A stretch of DNA of 64,000 nt from Methanobacteriota archaeon (GCA_963719035.1 CAVRAO010000008.1:256001-320000), one strand, 5' to 3'. Shown: positions 20,500 through 31,202, numbered from the stretch's first letter. Translations and numbers: made by a program. Notes: generated by a model from the letters alone, not told the origin.

Positions 20500-21171
20500 T
20501 CAATGCATGGGGGCGAGGACCTCCCACTTAATAAGCACACCATCCCCTATTTGACGTATTTGCCTCAGTTTGAGCTTAACGAAGTCAGAGGTCAGGCCAT
20601 CGCCATCGGCGAGCGTCGGCGCTAAACTGCCTCCGATTATGATATTCCCCACATAGGTATAGAGCTCATCGACTAATCCCAAACTCAGAAGGGCGAAATT
20701 GAGCGTTGCGCCGCCTTCAACCAGCACAGAGTCTACCCCTCGATCTTTCAATCTCGCAAGGAGCGCGCCCAGATCCACCTTGCGCTCTCCAACAGCAAGT
20801 ACCTCAGCCTTTGTGCCCAGTTCTTCAACCTTATGACGAGGAGCTTGTTGCGCTACTGCTATTAGCGCGTTTGGCCCCAGAATTGCCGCCGTCGATGGAG
20901 TTCGTGCATTGCTATCAACAACGATTCGTAGCGGATTTTCAGTTCTTCCCTTCGCTACTCGTTCACGCTTGAGCATATCTGACTTAACGGTCAGCTTCGG
21001 ATCATCCGCAAGCACTGTTCCGACTCCCACCATAACCGCATCGGTGCATGCCTTTAACGCATCAACGCGTTGCAAATCCTCTTTTCCAGAGATTCGCACC
21101 TGTTTTCTCGCTACCGTTGAGATCTTCCCGTCAGCACTCATAGCCGAATTAATAATGACAAATGGCCTCAT
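20500..21171 (-). CDS. 2,5-diamino-6-(ribosylamino)-4(3H)-pyrimidinone 5'-phosphate reductase (RibD-C family)
   Basis: AMSADGKI, VGVGTVLADDPKL, VEGGATLN. Confidence 0.9.
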   Translation of the reverse strand: MRPFVIINSAMSADGKISTVARKQVRISGKEDLQRVDALKACTDAVMVGVGTVLADDPKLTVKSDMLKRERVAKGRTENPLRIVVDSNARTPSTAAILGPNALIAVAQQAPRHKVEELGTKAEVLAVGERKVDLGALLARLKDRGVDSVLVEGGATLNFALLSLGLVDELYTYVGNIIIGGSLAPTLADGDGLTSDFVKLKLRQIRQIGDGVLIKWEVLAPMH

Positions 21172-21232
21172 TGATTCGCCCCAGCTGATGAATGTATATT
21201 AACTTGTGGTTCATATCCTACACGATAACAGC

Positions 21233-21643
21233 ATGCTAAAATACGAGTTTGTTGAGCACACAGCCGATCTCACTTTTAAAGCTTGTGGAAGAGACTTGAA
21301 CAAACTATTCGAGAATGCGGCAGAAGCCCTTGAAAGCACGCTTATTATGCTTGAAGGCGTGGCGCTTAGAGAGACTACCACAATCGAGATGACTTCCGAC
21401 AGTTGTGAGGACTTGCTTTACGATTGGCTTGTTGAGCTTCTCGTTACGTTCGAAGTCAATCGCTTTGCCGTTAAAAAGTGTATCGTTAATATCGCTGGTT
21501 TATCATTGAATGCGGAGTGCTGGGGCGAGCGAATCGATCCTACCAAACACACGTTAAACACGGAAGTGAAAGCGGTGACATATCACAACCTACAAATAAA
21601 GAAGAATAACGTCTACCACGCAGAAATAACGCTCGACGTATAG
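21233..21643 (+). CDS. Archease
   Basis: EHTAD and EVKAVTYH motifs; upstream of rtcB. Confidence 0.93.
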   Translation: MLKYEFVEHTADLTFKACGRDLNKLFENAAEALESTLIMLEGVALRETTTIEMTSDSCEDLLYDWLVELLVTFEVNRFAVKKCIVNIAGLSLNAECWGERIDPTKHTLNTEVKAVTYHNLQIKKNNVYHAEITLDV

Positions 21644-21651
21644 GAGGTTTA

Positions 21652-23064
21652 ATGACGCTCGCAGAATTGCGAAGGGAAGGCGAGTACATTTGGGAAGTGC
21701 CAGAGGGTACCGTGCCAGGAATGCGCGTCCCTGGGCGAATCTTCTTATCAGACAAGCTTATTAAATACCTCGAGCCTGGAGCGATCCAACAGGTAGCTAA
21801 TGTTGCGACTCTTCCTGGGATCCAGAAATGGTCACTAGCGATGCCAGATGTGCACACCGGGTATGGCTTCCCCATTGGCGGTGTTGCTGCTTTTGATGCT
21901 ACCGAAGGTGTATTATCCCCAGGAGGGGTCGGTTTCGATATAAACTGCGGGACTAGGCTTTTAGCAACGACGCTATTTAAGGAAGAAATTGAACAAAGAA
22001 TTGATGAATTCCTAACAGCTTTATTTCAAGCGATTCCCTCAGGACTCGGTTCGAAAGGACCGCTACGGCTCTCCGAAACGGAGCTAGACAACGTATTTTC
22101 TAGCGGTGCAAAATGGGCCGTCAATCATGGATACGGAGACGCTCCAGATCTTACACATTGCGAGAGCGATGGGTGTTTGGATGGTGCCGATCCCTCAACA
22201 GTGAGCCCGCTGGCGAAGAAAAGAGGCAAGCCGCAACTTGGGAGTTTAGGAAGCGGAAATCATTTCTTAGAGATTCAATACGTCGATCAGATTTGTGAGA
22301 GGCAAGCCGCGAACTTGTTTGGTTTGAAAGAAGAACAAGTTTGTATCATGCTTCATTCAGGGTCACGAGGAGCTGGCCACCAAATCTGCACAGACTACTT
22401 GAAAGTGTTTCAAGGGGCGAGCCGCAAGTATGACATCAAACTTCCTGATAAGCAACTTGCTTGTGTTCCTGCAGAGTCGCCAGAAGGTCGAAATTATTTC
22501 GGCGCCATGGCGGCAGCTGCAAACTATGCGTGGACAAATAGACAAATGATGTCTTTTTGGGTGCGAAATGTCGTTGAACAGAAGTTTGGCGCAACTGCAA
22601 CCCTCGTTTACGATGTTGCACACAATATCGCTAAGCTTGAAAGACATTCCGTTGGGGAAGCGCGTAAGGAAGTGTATGTGCACCGCAAAGGCGCTACAAG
22701 GGCATTCGACAAGGACTCGAGTTACGGAATTGGGCAACCAGTGCTCATCCCTGGCAGTATGGGAACCGCTTCATACGTCCTACAAGGCACAAAAAAAGCA
22801 ATGGCCGCTTCTTTCGGTTCAACTTGCCATGGAGCAGGCCGTGTTCTCAGCCGCAAGGCCGCAAAAAGCTCACTGACTTGGAAAGCAGTTACAGAAAACC
22901 TGAAGCAAAAACATATCACAATAAAAACGGATCATTTGTCGGCTGTGCCTGAGGAGGCACCGGAAGCGTACAAGCCAATAGATGATGTCATTGAAGTCGT
23001 CTCTAAGCTCGGCATTTCGAAAACCGTTGCACGGCTCGTCCCTATAGGTGTCATCAAGGGGTAA
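21652..23064 (+). CDS. rtcB: tRNA-splicing ligase RtcB
   Basis: MPDVHTGYGFPIG, DINCG, GSGNHF, HRKGAT, HGAGR. Confidence 0.96.
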   Translation: MTLAELRREGEYIWEVPEGTVPGMRVPGRIFLSDKLIKYLEPGAIQQVANVATLPGIQKWSLAMPDVHTGYGFPIGGVAAFDATEGVLSPGGVGFDINCGTRLLATTLFKEEIEQRIDEFLTALFQAIPSGLGSKGPLRLSETELDNVFSSGAKWAVNHGYGDAPDLTHCESDGCLDGADPSTVSPLAKKRGKPQLGSLGSGNHFLEIQYVDQICERQAANLFGLKEEQVCIMLHSGSRGAGHQICTDYLKVFQGASRKYDIKLPDKQLACVPAESPEGRNYFGAMAAAANYAWTNRQMMSFWVRNVVEQKFGATATLVYDVAHNIAKLERHSVGEARKEVYVHRKGATRAFDKDSSYGIGQPVLIPGSMGTASYVLQGTKKAMAASFGSTCHGAGRVLSRKAAKSSLTWKAVTENLKQKHITIKTDHLSAVPEEAPEAYKPIDDVIEVVSKLGISKTVARLVPIGVIKG

Positions 23065-23170
23065 CGAGCAATCGCTGCGCTTATGCCGGTCAAATTCGAC
23101 TAGAACTTTACCAAAGATCTCGAAACACGTTCAGCGATAATTTTATGGATGATTGTGGTCACATACTAGC

Positions 23171-23477
23171 TGGGCTAGCTTGGATGGCTCGGCGTCATCT
23201 GTGACCCAAAAACGTCGATAAGTGGGGAGCGAAGCAGAAGGAAGGCATTTTGACAGTTTGACCATCTAACAATTCAGACGATGAAATTCCGTCCTGCGGG
23301 GTCAACGGCAGTATACCACTGATTGGAGAACCAGGGATATACGCTTACCGTGAGCACCGGTTCAGGCCCGGAAGGGAGCAAACCTATTGCGGACGCGTGA
23401 CGCTCGGAGGGGTGCGGGATAGAGAATGAGTTGGGAGCTCTGACAAGCTGCGAAGTGACGACCTTTCTGTGCGCCCA
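23171..23477 (+). ncRNA. ffs: Archaeal SRP (7S) RNA
   Basis: Helix-8 signature CAGGCCCGGAAGGGAGCA; GGAG tetraloop in helix 6; Alu-like 5' end GGGCTAG; TGGGC/GCCCA terminal pairing; ends approximate. Confidence 0.88.
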
Positions 23478-23486
23478 TATAGCATT

Positions 23487-23573
23487 GTTGGGGTAGCCAA
23501 GCTTGGTCTACGGCGCTGGTTTGCTAAACCAGTGTCCCTCCGGGACTCGTGGGTTCAAATCCCACCCCCAGCG
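23487..23573 (+). tRNA. tRNA-Ser(GCT)
   Basis: CTGGT-TTGCTAA-ACCAG anticodon arm; long variable arm; G discriminator. Confidence 0.94.
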
Positions 23574-23698
23574 CTTTCTGCGCGCTCCATTTCGGCTCTG
23601 CTGCAGCGCTCCTTCGAGCTATCGCAAAAAAGGCGCACCTAACGTGCCTACTTATAAATACGATGATAGGTTAAAAACCACACACACGAGGTATTAAT

Positions 23699-24169
23699 GT
23701 GCCCAAGGGTGACACGGAATCGGCTGAACACGAGATTAAATATATAGTTAGAATCGCCCAAACAGACCTGGATGGCAAAAAAGCAGTTCAGTATGCACTC
23801 ACAGGATTGAAAGGCGTGGGGATACGGACAGCGCGGATTCTGACTCAACGCGCCAGCATAGACCCTAACGCCAGTATGGGTTATTTGGATGACGAACAAG
23901 TTGAACGGTTAAGGGAATCAGTTGCTAACTTTAATCAGAACGTTCCTGCGTGGATGTTTAACTATCGAAAAAATCCCGTTACTGGCGAGAACCAACACCT
24001 GCTTGGGCCTCAAGTGGAGTTGACGCTTCGAGAGACTCTCAATCGAATGAAAAAGACGCGAAGCTATACTGGCATTCGCCACGAACGGGGACACAAAGTC
24101 CGCGGGCAGAGAACCAAATCGACGGGAAGGAGAGGTGCCACCGTCGGCGTCCAGCGTAAGAAACGCTAG
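23699..24169 (+). CDS. rps13: 30S ribosomal protein S13
   Basis: GIRHERGHKVRGQRTKSTGR. Confidence 0.96.
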   Translation: MPKGDTESAEHEIKYIVRIAQTDLDGKKAVQYALTGLKGVGIRTARILTQRASIDPNASMGYLDDEQVERLRESVANFNQNVPAWMFNYRKNPVTGENQHLLGPQVELTLRETLNRMKKTRSYTGIRHERGHKVRGQRTKSTGRRGATVGVQRKKR

Positions 24170-24186
24170 TCTAAAAGGTGCGATTT

Positions 24187-24729
24187 ATGGGGTATCCAGG
24201 GAAAAGCAGAAAAGCGTTTGACACGCCACGTCACCCATGGCAGGGAGCAAGAATCAGCGAAGAAGCTGAGGTCGTAAAGACGTTCGGGTTGAAGAACAAA
24301 AGAGAGGTCTGGAAAGTCGCCACGACATTGAGGAAATATAGGCGCGAGGCACGACAATTGCTCTTCGACATTCAAGAGGTAGGCGAGCGCGGTGAGCACG
24401 CCAAGTTTGAAACGGAGAAATTCCTCGACAGATTAAGACGCATAGGGCTCATCAAATATGACTCTACGTTGGATGACGTGCTTACGCTAGCAAACGAGGA
24501 TTTAATGGAAAGGCGACTGCAAACACAGGTGCAGAAGCAAGGTCTTGCCAATTCAGCGAAGCAAGCGAGGCAACTTGTTGTTCACGGACATATAGCGGTG
24601 GCAGGACGAAGAGTCACTGTCCCCAGCTATATCCTGTCAACAAATGAGCAGGAACTGATTGGGTACTACGAGGGGTCGCCGCTACGACAGGTTGGCGATT
24701 CCGAAAAGCAAATGAGCAACGGAGGGTGA
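24187..24729 (+). CDS. rps4: 30S ribosomal protein S4
   Basis: TPRHPW, ERRLQT, QARQLVVHGH. Confidence 0.96.
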   Translation: MGYPGKSRKAFDTPRHPWQGARISEEAEVVKTFGLKNKREVWKVATTLRKYRREARQLLFDIQEVGERGEHAKFETEKFLDRLRRIGLIKYDSTLDDVLTLANEDLMERRLQTQVQKQGLANSAKQARQLVVHGHIAVAGRRVTVPSYILSTNEQELIGYYEGSPLRQVGDSEKQMSNGG

Positions 24730-24737
24730 TGTGAATC

Positions 24738-25127
24738 ATGGCTGAGAGAAAGTGGGGAATAGCGCATATCTTTGCGTCGTTTAACAATACGATCATCACC
24801 ATCACAGATTTAAGCGGCGCGGAGACGATTGCCAAATCCTCAGGTGGCATGGTAGTAAAGCAAGATCGTAACGAAAGTTCACCGTACGCCGCCATGCAGC
24901 TTGCTACGAGCGCAGCTGAACAGGCACTCGATAAAGGGGTGATGGGCGTACACGTAAGAGTTAGAGCACCGGGCGGAAACGGACAGCGAAGCCCGGGTCC
25001 CGGAGCGCAAGCTTCGATTAGAGCACTCTCAAGAGCTGGATTAAAAATAGGGAGAATAGAAGATGTAACCCCCATTCCTCACGATGGCACTCGATCACCC
25101 GGAGGACGACGGGGACGCAGGATCTAG
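24738..25127 (+). CDS. rps11: 30S ribosomal protein S11
   Basis: [17 protein letters not shown]. Confidence 0.97.
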   Translation: MAERKWGIAHIFASFNNTIITITDLSGAETIAKSSGGMVVKQDRNESSPYAAMQLATSAAEQALDKGVMGVHVRVRAPGGNGQRSPGPGAQASIRALSRAGLKIGRIEDVTPIPHDGTRSPGGRRGRRI

Positions 25128-25143
25128 AAACTTCGCGTACACC

Positions 25144-25929
25144 ATGGATTTGAAATTCCTCGAGCTTACAGACAGACAAGCGCGGTTCATAATCTCAGGC
25201 ACAACACCAGCGTTTGTGAACAGCATTAGACGAAGCTTGATAGCTGACATCCAATCGATGTCGATTGATGATGTGAACTTCTACAACAATACGTCTGTCC
25301 TCTTCGACGAGATGTTGGCACTTCGCTTAGGACTTATCCCGCTCACAGGAGGGGAACACTATATGTCTCAGTCAGAGTGTTCGTGCGAAGGAGAAGGGTG
25401 TTTTCAGTGTCAAGTATCCTTGACGCTAAACTTGCAAGGGCCGGCTACAGTCTATTCAAGGGATTTGACGTCGGCCGACGCCGAAGTGGTTCCCGCAGAC
25501 GGCAACATACCCATCATTAAACTATTCAAGGATCAAGAATTGATGCTTGAAGCAATTGCACGAAAAGGTCGTTCCAAAACGCACGCGAAATTCCAGTCTG
25601 CAATCGCCACAAGTTACAAGTATTTGCCAAAGTTTGCTATACAGGAATGCAACGGATGCAAGGAGTGTGTGGAAGCATGCCCGAAGCGCATCTTAAGATA
25701 TGAAGATGGATCGGTGCACGTTACCGACGAGCTTCAATGCACCCTCTGCAATTTGTGCGTTGAGGCGTGTGAAGCTGGAGCGATTACAGTAACTGGTGAT
25801 CCGCAATCCTTTGTGTTTTATACGGAGTCAGACGGTTCAATGAGCTGCAAAGATCTATTGCTTCGTTCAGTTGAGTCTTTGATGAAGACGGCGAGCGAAT
25901 TAGCAGAGTTTCTAGGAACGTTTGGTTAG
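25144..25929 (+). CDS. rpoD: RNA polymerase subunit D (Rpo3) with ferredoxin-like insert
   Basis: NSIRR, NNTSVLFDEMLALRLGLIPL, HAKF; two CxxCxxCxxxC motifs. Confidence 0.95.
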   Translation: MDLKFLELTDRQARFIISGTTPAFVNSIRRSLIADIQSMSIDDVNFYNNTSVLFDEMLALRLGLIPLTGGEHYMSQSECSCEGEGCFQCQVSLTLNLQGPATVYSRDLTSADAEVVPADGNIPIIKLFKDQELMLEAIARKGRSKTHAKFQSAIATSYKYLPKFAIQECNGCKECVEACPKRILRYEDGSVHVTDELQCTLCNLCVEACEAGAITVTGDPQSFVFYTESDGSMSCKDLLLRSVESLMKTASELAEFLGTFG

Positions 25930-26013
25930 CGGGGGTTGCCAAGCTAGGTCAAAGGCGCTAGGTTGAGGGCCTAGTCTCACAGGAGTTCGTGCGTTCAAAT
26001 CGCACCCCCCGCA
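25929..26013 (+). tRNA. tRNA-Leu(GAG)
   Basis: GCGGGGG/CCCCCGC acceptor; CTAGG-TTGAGGG-CCTAG; long variable arm. Confidence 0.94.
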
Positions 26014-26045
26014 TTTGTGATCAAAGATGCCCAATAGGAGATAGC

Positions 26046-26414
26046 ATGGCAAAGCAAAAAACAGAGAAGGCCAACCCCCAGTTGAAACCGCTGATAGAGA
26101 AGCTGAAAGCGTACGCGAGAGAGCATCAAGCAGATGTTTGGAAGGAGGTCGCTAGAAGGTTGGAAGCGCCTTCTAGCAACTATGCAAAAGTAAATTTGAG
26201 TCGCCTTAACCGACATACGAATTCGGGCGACGTCGTCATAATCCCAGGCAAGGTCCTTGGCGCTGGGTCAATAGATCACCCTATATCTGTTGGCGCGCTC
26301 AATTTCAGCGCTAACGCACGATTTAAACTCCTTGCAGCTTCAGGAACTGTTATGACGATCGACGAGATCCTCAACGGATCTCCAAAAGGCAGCAATGTAA
26401 AGATTATGCGATGA
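26046..26414 (+). CDS. rpl18e: 50S ribosomal protein L18e
   Basis: VNLSRL, PGKVLGAG. Confidence 0.95.
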   Translation: MAKQKTEKANPQLKPLIEKLKAYAREHQADVWKEVARRLEAPSSNYAKVNLSRLNRHTNSGDVVIIPGKVLGAGSIDHPISVGALNFSANARFKLLAASGTVMTIDEILNGSPKGSNVKIMR

Positions 26415-26438
26415 TATATATGTAGGAGTGGTGAATTT

Positions 26439-26867
26439 GTGACAGTAATCGATGCTAACGGTTTAATACTCGGGCGTCTCGCAGGCATAGTAGCTCATAG
26501 GTTGTTGTCAGGAGAACAGATCGATATCATTAATGCAGAAAAAGCGGTCGTCTCAGGGTCGCCAGAAACTACGGTCTCAAAGTACCAGACGATGCGTAGA
26601 AAAGGTTCGAAAGAAAGAGGACCATATTACCCCAAACGTTCAGATATGATTTTACGGCGGACCATTCGAGGAATGTTGCCTTATAAGAAAGCCCTTGGCA
26701 AGACGGCATTCGGTCGACTTCGCGTGTATATGGGTACGCCAAAAGAGCTAGAAGACGTAGATGCAGAAACGCTTAACAGCGCGCATAAATCGAGGTTAAG
26801 CACTATTAAAGTCACTGACTTAGAGAAGATTTCCCGACGACTGGGGGCGAAAAATCGGGTGAGATAA
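26439..26867 (+). CDS. rpl13: 50S ribosomal protein L13
   Basis: IDANGLILGRLA, RTIRGMLP. Confidence 0.96.
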   Translation: MTVIDANGLILGRLAGIVAHRLLSGEQIDIINAEKAVVSGSPETTVSKYQTMRRKGSKERGPYYPKRSDMILRRTIRGMLPYKKALGKTAFGRLRVYMGTPKELEDVDAETLNSAHKSRLSTIKVTDLEKISRRLGAKNRVR

Positions 26868-27272
26868 TTGGCGAAAAAAACGATTAGTTCAAGTGGAAAA
26901 CGCAAAACCTCAATAGCGCGAGCTTCATTTAAAGAAGGAATCGGCGTTGTACGGATCAACAAGCAACTTTTAGACGTCGTTGAGCCAGCGCTTGTACGAG
27001 AGAAGATTCAACAACCGCTAACTCTCGCCGGTGACCTCGCAAAACGACTAAATATATCGGTGACCATTCGGGGTGGCGGAGTGATGGGACAGGCAGATGC
27101 AGCACGAACAGCAATCGCCCGGGGGTTAATCGACTGGACAAACGACCTAAGTTTGAAGGATCTTTTCCTCAAACAAGATCGTTCTTTGCTCGTCAACGAT
27201 TACCGACAGAAAGAACCGAAGAAATTTGGCGGCAAAGGGGCACGCGCGCGGCGACAAAAATCCTATAGATAA
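26868..27272 (+). CDS. rps9: 30S ribosomal protein S9
   Basis: [18 protein letters not shown]. Confidence 0.96.
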   Translation: MAKKTISSSGKRKTSIARASFKEGIGVVRINKQLLDVVEPALVREKIQQPLTLAGDLAKRLNISVTIRGGGVMGQADAARTAIARGLIDWTNDLSLKDLFLKQDRSLLVNDYRQKEPKKFGGKGARARRQKSYR

Positions 27273-27283
27273 CAAGGCAAACG

Positions 27284-27472
27284 ATGATACCCGTAAGATG
27301 CTTCACATGTGGCGCGGTGATATCCAAACACTGGGATGAATATAAAGACAGGATAAGTGCCGGGGAAGACAAAAAGTCGGTGCTCGACGATCTGGGCGTA
27401 AAGCGATATTGTTGTCGCAGGATGCTCCTAACACACAAGGAACTTGTTGATATTTTTGCTCCGTATCAATGA
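27284..27472 (+). CDS. rpoN: RNA polymerase subunit N (Rpo10)
   Basis: [15 protein letters not shown]. Confidence 0.97.
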   Translation: MIPVRCFTCGAVISKHWDEYKDRISAGEDKKSVLDDLGVKRYCCRRMLLTHKELVDIFAPYQ

Positions 27473-27475
27473 TAA

Positions 27476-27549
27476 GGGGTTGTGGGGTAGCCTGGATATC
27501 CTACGGCGTTCGGGACGCCGTAACCTGAGTTCGAATCTCAGCAACCCCA
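27476..27549 (+). tRNA. tRNA-Pro(CGG)
   Basis: GGGGTTG/CAACCCC acceptor; CGGCG-TTCGGGA-CGCCG. Confidence 0.94.
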
Positions 27550-27578
27550 TGCAGAGGCCCTAGAAAGGAGGAGAGTCG

Positions 27579-27770
27579 TTGAAAGAAGTTGTTGAAGAAC
27601 TTACTCGTTATGAAAGGGCCAGAATCATCGGGGCGCGCGCTTTGCAGATTTCCATGGGCGCTCCAACGTTGATTGAGTCTAACACAACAGATCCAATCGA
27701 CATGGCGCTTGATGAGCTCAAGAAAGGGGTCATTCCAATAACAATTAAGCGCCGCGGGACCCCGAAATGA
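27579..27770 (+). CDS. rpoK: RNA polymerase subunit K (Rpo6)
   Basis: [20 protein letters not shown]. Confidence 0.96.
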   Translation: MKEVVEELTRYERARIIGARALQISMGAPTLIESNTTDPIDMALDELKKGVIPITIKRRGTPK

Positions 27771-28855
27771 ACTTGATCGAAGCAGTATCAGTCAGCAAGA
27801 TATTTGATGTAAACTCGACAGATGCAATAGAAGTGGAGATAGTGACGACCAGCGGCTACGGTCGATGCTCTTATCCGGCCCCAAGCGACGCAGTCAAAAA
27901 AGCACGAGAACAAGTTTCCGCGCTTATCGGTTCAGAAGTGAATCAGCAGGTAGAAATCGACGAGTTACTCAAAGAACTCTTTTCGTTGTCCAATATGAGC
28001 ATGGCGTTTTCGGTTGCCGTGGCTAATGCAGCAGCGGCTTCCCTAGGAATGCCGCTGTATCGTTACATGGGTGGCCTTTCAGCCAATTCTATGCCCTACC
28101 CTTTGATGAAGATCTTTAGCGCAGAAGTTGATTATTTCGCCGTTCCTACAGGAGCAGGTTCATTTGCGAACGCAATTGCTGCTTCGGTTAGCGCCTATCG
28201 TGAGTTTAACAAATCAAAAATGCCAAGCTATCCCACTCAACTCGACATTTTAAGTCGGTTGAGTATGATCACAGAAGGAATTAGCAGAAGATTTGGGTTC
28301 GATGTGAAGCTAGGTGTTGATTTCAAAGCATCGAAACAGGCCCAAAATACGCTCAGTTTCAATGAACAAGGCCAAATGATGGCAAATGATAGATTAGAAC
28401 ATATTCTGACCCTCGCCACTCAATACGGTCTTTACTTCATTGAAGACCCATTCAACGAAGCAGAATATGAATTTCAGAGTCAGTTGGCCGATGAGCTTCG
28501 GGCGACGTGTCTCATAGCATCTGGGCAGAATCACGATAAAGGCGTTACTGGCTCAAACGTCGTCAGTAGCGATGGAAGGGCGAATCTAGCATTGATCGTA
28601 CCAACGAAAACAGTTTCGAGCGTTTTTGAGAATTATGCCAGTGAGAAGGCTAAAGGACACAGCTGTGCGTTGCTCACCGACAATTCAACGACCTGCGAAG
28701 CATCAACTTCACACGTCGCAGTTGCATTGTCTGCCCCCTTCATTAAGCTGAGCGTTAAAGGCAGGCAGAGCACAGCAAAAACGAATGAACTTATACGCAT
28801 AGAACAAGAATTATTTGAAGGAAAAAACTATAGAATGGCAACTAAACCGATTTAA
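27767..28855 (+). CDS. Enolase-like protein, catalytically degenerate
   Basis: [22 protein letters not shown] and [13 protein letters not shown] are recognisable; syntenic eno position; active-site motifs missing. Confidence 0.8.
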   Translation: MNLIEAVSVSKIFDVNSTDAIEVEIVTTSGYGRCSYPAPSDAVKKAREQVSALIGSEVNQQVEIDELLKELFSLSNMSMAFSVAVANAAAASLGMPLYRYMGGLSANSMPYPLMKIFSAEVDYFAVPTGAGSFANAIAASVSAYREFNKSKMPSYPTQLDILSRLSMITEGISRRFGFDVKLGVDFKASKQAQNTLSFNEQGQMMANDRLEHILTLATQYGLYFIEDPFNEAEYEFQSQLADELRATCLIASGQNHDKGVTGSNVVSSDGRANLALIVPTKTVSSVFENYASEKAKGHSCALLTDNSTTCEASTSHVAVALSAPFIKLSVKGRQSTAKTNELIRIEQELFEGKNYRMATKPI

Positions 28856-28869
28856 CAAGAGGTTGAGCG

Positions 28870-29467
28870 ATGGAAGAAGTCACGGAATACGAATCACTCA
28901 TACCGGTGGACGAGTACCTAGCCGCTGGGGTCCATATTGGCACTCAGCAAAAAACAGAGGACATGAAGCGTTTTGTTTACCGCGTCCGAGCAGATGGGCT
29001 TTACGTACTGGATGTCAAGGCTACAGACGACCGAATAAAAACTGCAGCTAAGTTTCTCAGCAAATTCGACCCAGCACGTACACTGGTAGTTTCGGCACGA
29101 CAATACGGCCAATTCCCGGCAACGATGTTTGCCAAAGTGATAGGGGCAAAATCAATGGTAGGACGCTTTATTCCGGGCACGCTTACAAATCCTGAGGTAC
29201 AGGGACTTTGTAGAGCCTGATGTAGTGGTTGTCACAGACCCTATCGGAGACTTACAGGCAGTCAAGGAGGCCGTCGACATTGGAGTTCCGGTAGTCGCAA
29301 TGTGCGACACAAATAACATGACGATGCATATTGACGTCGTTATTCCGACCAACAACAAAGGGCGGAAAGCCTTAGCACTCATCTATTGGCTACTTGCACA
29401 GGAGATTACTAAGCTTCGCGGCCAACCGATGGACTACGTCGTAACCGATTTCGAAATCGAAATTTAA
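28870..29467 (+). CDS. rps2: 30S ribosomal protein S2 (one-base frameshift near 29196, probably a sequencing error)
   Basis: YLAAGVHIG...[11 protein letters not shown] continues in another frame as [15 protein letters not shown]...PTNNKGR. Confidence 0.92.
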
Positions 29468-29476
29468 AGAGCACTA

Positions 29477-30235
29477 ATGAGGAAGCCTGCAAAAGCAGGA
29501 TCGTGGTATCCCAGTGACCCTCGAGCGCTGGAAGGACTCCTGCATAGTTTTATTCAAAAGAGAGAACCGCGTAAAATCAACAGCGTAGTGGTTCCTCACG
29601 CTGGCTACGCTTGTTCTGGTATAACCGCAGGAAAAGTTTTCTCCTTACTTCCTCAGGCGGATACTTACATTATCATAGGGCCCAACCACCAATACCCAAT
29701 TGTCTCAGTATCGAACGAACCGTGGCTTACTCCTTTCGGCAAAGTGCGCGTTAATACACGTGTCATTGAAGCACTCGATATCGAAATAAATAATGAGGCT
29801 AACAAAGAGGATAACTCTGTAGAACTTCAGCTACCGTTTCTTCAGTTTCTTTTCGAAGACTTTGAAATCGTCCCAATTACTATGGGGGTTCAAGGGCCTG
29901 AAAGCATAAAACAGGTTTTCGACGCCGTCCGAAGGGGTGCAGACGAAAACACTGTGGTCATTGCTTCCAGCGATTTTACGCATTACGAGCCAGAGTCTAC
30001 TGCTAAAACAGTTGATAAATGGGTAATAGAACCCATTTTAGAGCTGAACTCGCAAGAATTTCTAGCACGGTCTCGCTCAACTTCTCTTTGCGGCTATGGA
30101 CCTATAGCAGTCGCAATTGAGTTCGCTAAATATAAGGACAGCGAGCTGGGGGAACTTGTCGATTATTCAACTAGTGCAGACACGTGCGGTAACTCGGCGG
30201 CAGTAGTTGGATATGCCGGAATAGTTATGGCATAA
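29477..30235 (+). CDS. MEMO1 family protein
   Basis: AGSWYP, PHAGY, GPNH, SSDFTHY, CGYGPI. Confidence 0.92.
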   Translation: MRKPAKAGSWYPSDPRALEGLLHSFIQKREPRKINSVVVPHAGYACSGITAGKVFSLLPQADTYIIIGPNHQYPIVSVSNEPWLTPFGKVRVNTRVIEALDIEINNEANKEDNSVELQLPFLQFLFEDFEIVPITMGVQGPESIKQVFDAVRRGADENTVVIASSDFTHYEPESTAKTVDKWVIEPILELNSQEFLARSRSTSLCGYGPIAVAIEFAKYKDSELGELVDYSTSADTCGNSAAVVGYAGIVMA

Positions 30236-30281
30236 CGCTCGAGAAAGCTTTGAAGGACGAGTTTACAACATAAACCTAAAG

Positions 30282-31202
30282 ATGGTAACGTGTTCGGCGC
30301 CCGGTAAGGTCTATCTGTTTGGTGAGCACGCTGTTATCTACGGAGAGCCAGCGATAGCTTGCGCGATTAACATGCGAATAAGCACATCAGTGAAGCTCGT
30401 GTCCTCAGGAAAAATCAAGATAGATGCGATGGGCAAGCGCTTAAACTGTATGAGTGAGGAGTTCAAGTATGCCTGTTGTGCTGCTCAAACCATAAAACGA
30501 CTATTCAATACAGACTTTGGCGCAGAAATCACGATAAAATCGCAACTGCCCCCTCGTCAAGGGTTAGGTTCCTCAGCGGCCGTGACAGTCTCGACGATAA
30601 AGGCTCTTGCAGAATGTCTAGGTATAGAACTAAAAAATGAAGCAGTAGCAAAGATCGGACATCAAGTAGAGACCGCTGTTCAGGGGATGGCCAGTCCAGC
30701 AGACACATTTGTCTCTTCAACCGGTGGCGTAGTGTTAATAGAGCAGACTAAAACTTGCCATCTTTCATCGCTCAATATACCGCTCATAATCGGCGCAACA
30801 GGCATTGAACGGTCAACCAGTGACGTCATCGCCTCAGTAACAAGATTAAAACAGAAGTATCCTACTCTGATTACGGACGTCTTGTCTTCAATAGGAGACA
30901 TAACGCGCTTAGGAAAACAGAAGCTTGCTGACGAAGACTTTGTCGGCTTGGGGGAATTGATGAACATCAATCAAGGACTGCTCGAGTCAATCGGGGTGAG
31001 TGATGAAGCGCTGAGCAGACTTATTTACGCATCGAGGGCGGCAGGAGCACTCGGAGCAAAAATTACAGGCGCCGGACGAGGGGGCTGTATGCTGGCAATT
31101 ACGCAAGATGAAAACGTCAAGAATATCTCGCAAGCTATCGAAAAGCACGATGCCAAAGTGTTAAACACGGCGTTCTCTGATTCAGGTCTTCAGACAGAGT
31201 GA
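30282..31202 (+). CDS. mvk: Mevalonate kinase
   Basis: APGKVYLFGEHAV, GLGSSAA, KITGAGRGG. Confidence 0.93.
   Translation: MVTCSAPGKVYLFGEHAVIYGEPAIACAINMRISTSVKLVSSGKIKIDAMGKRLNCMSEEFKYACCAAQTIKRLFNTDFGAEITIKSQLPPRQGLGSSAAVTVSTIKALAECLGIELKNEAVAKIGHQVETAVQGMASPADTFVSSTGGVVLIEQTKTCHLSSLNIPLIIGATGIERSTSDVIASVTRLKQKYPTLITDVLSSIGDITRLGKQKLADEDFVGLGELMNINQGLLESIGVSDEALSRLIYASRAAGALGAKITGAGRGGCMLAITQDENVKNISQAIEKHDAKVLNTAFSDSGLQTE

Noticed and set aside
23171-23477. Possible RNase P RNA or novel ncRNA
   Set aside because: The helix-8 SRP signature and Alu-like 5' end identify it as ordinary SRP RNA.
25630-25780. Ferredoxin-like motifs in RpoD
   Set aside because: A known feature of many archaeal Rpo3 subunits, so not novel.
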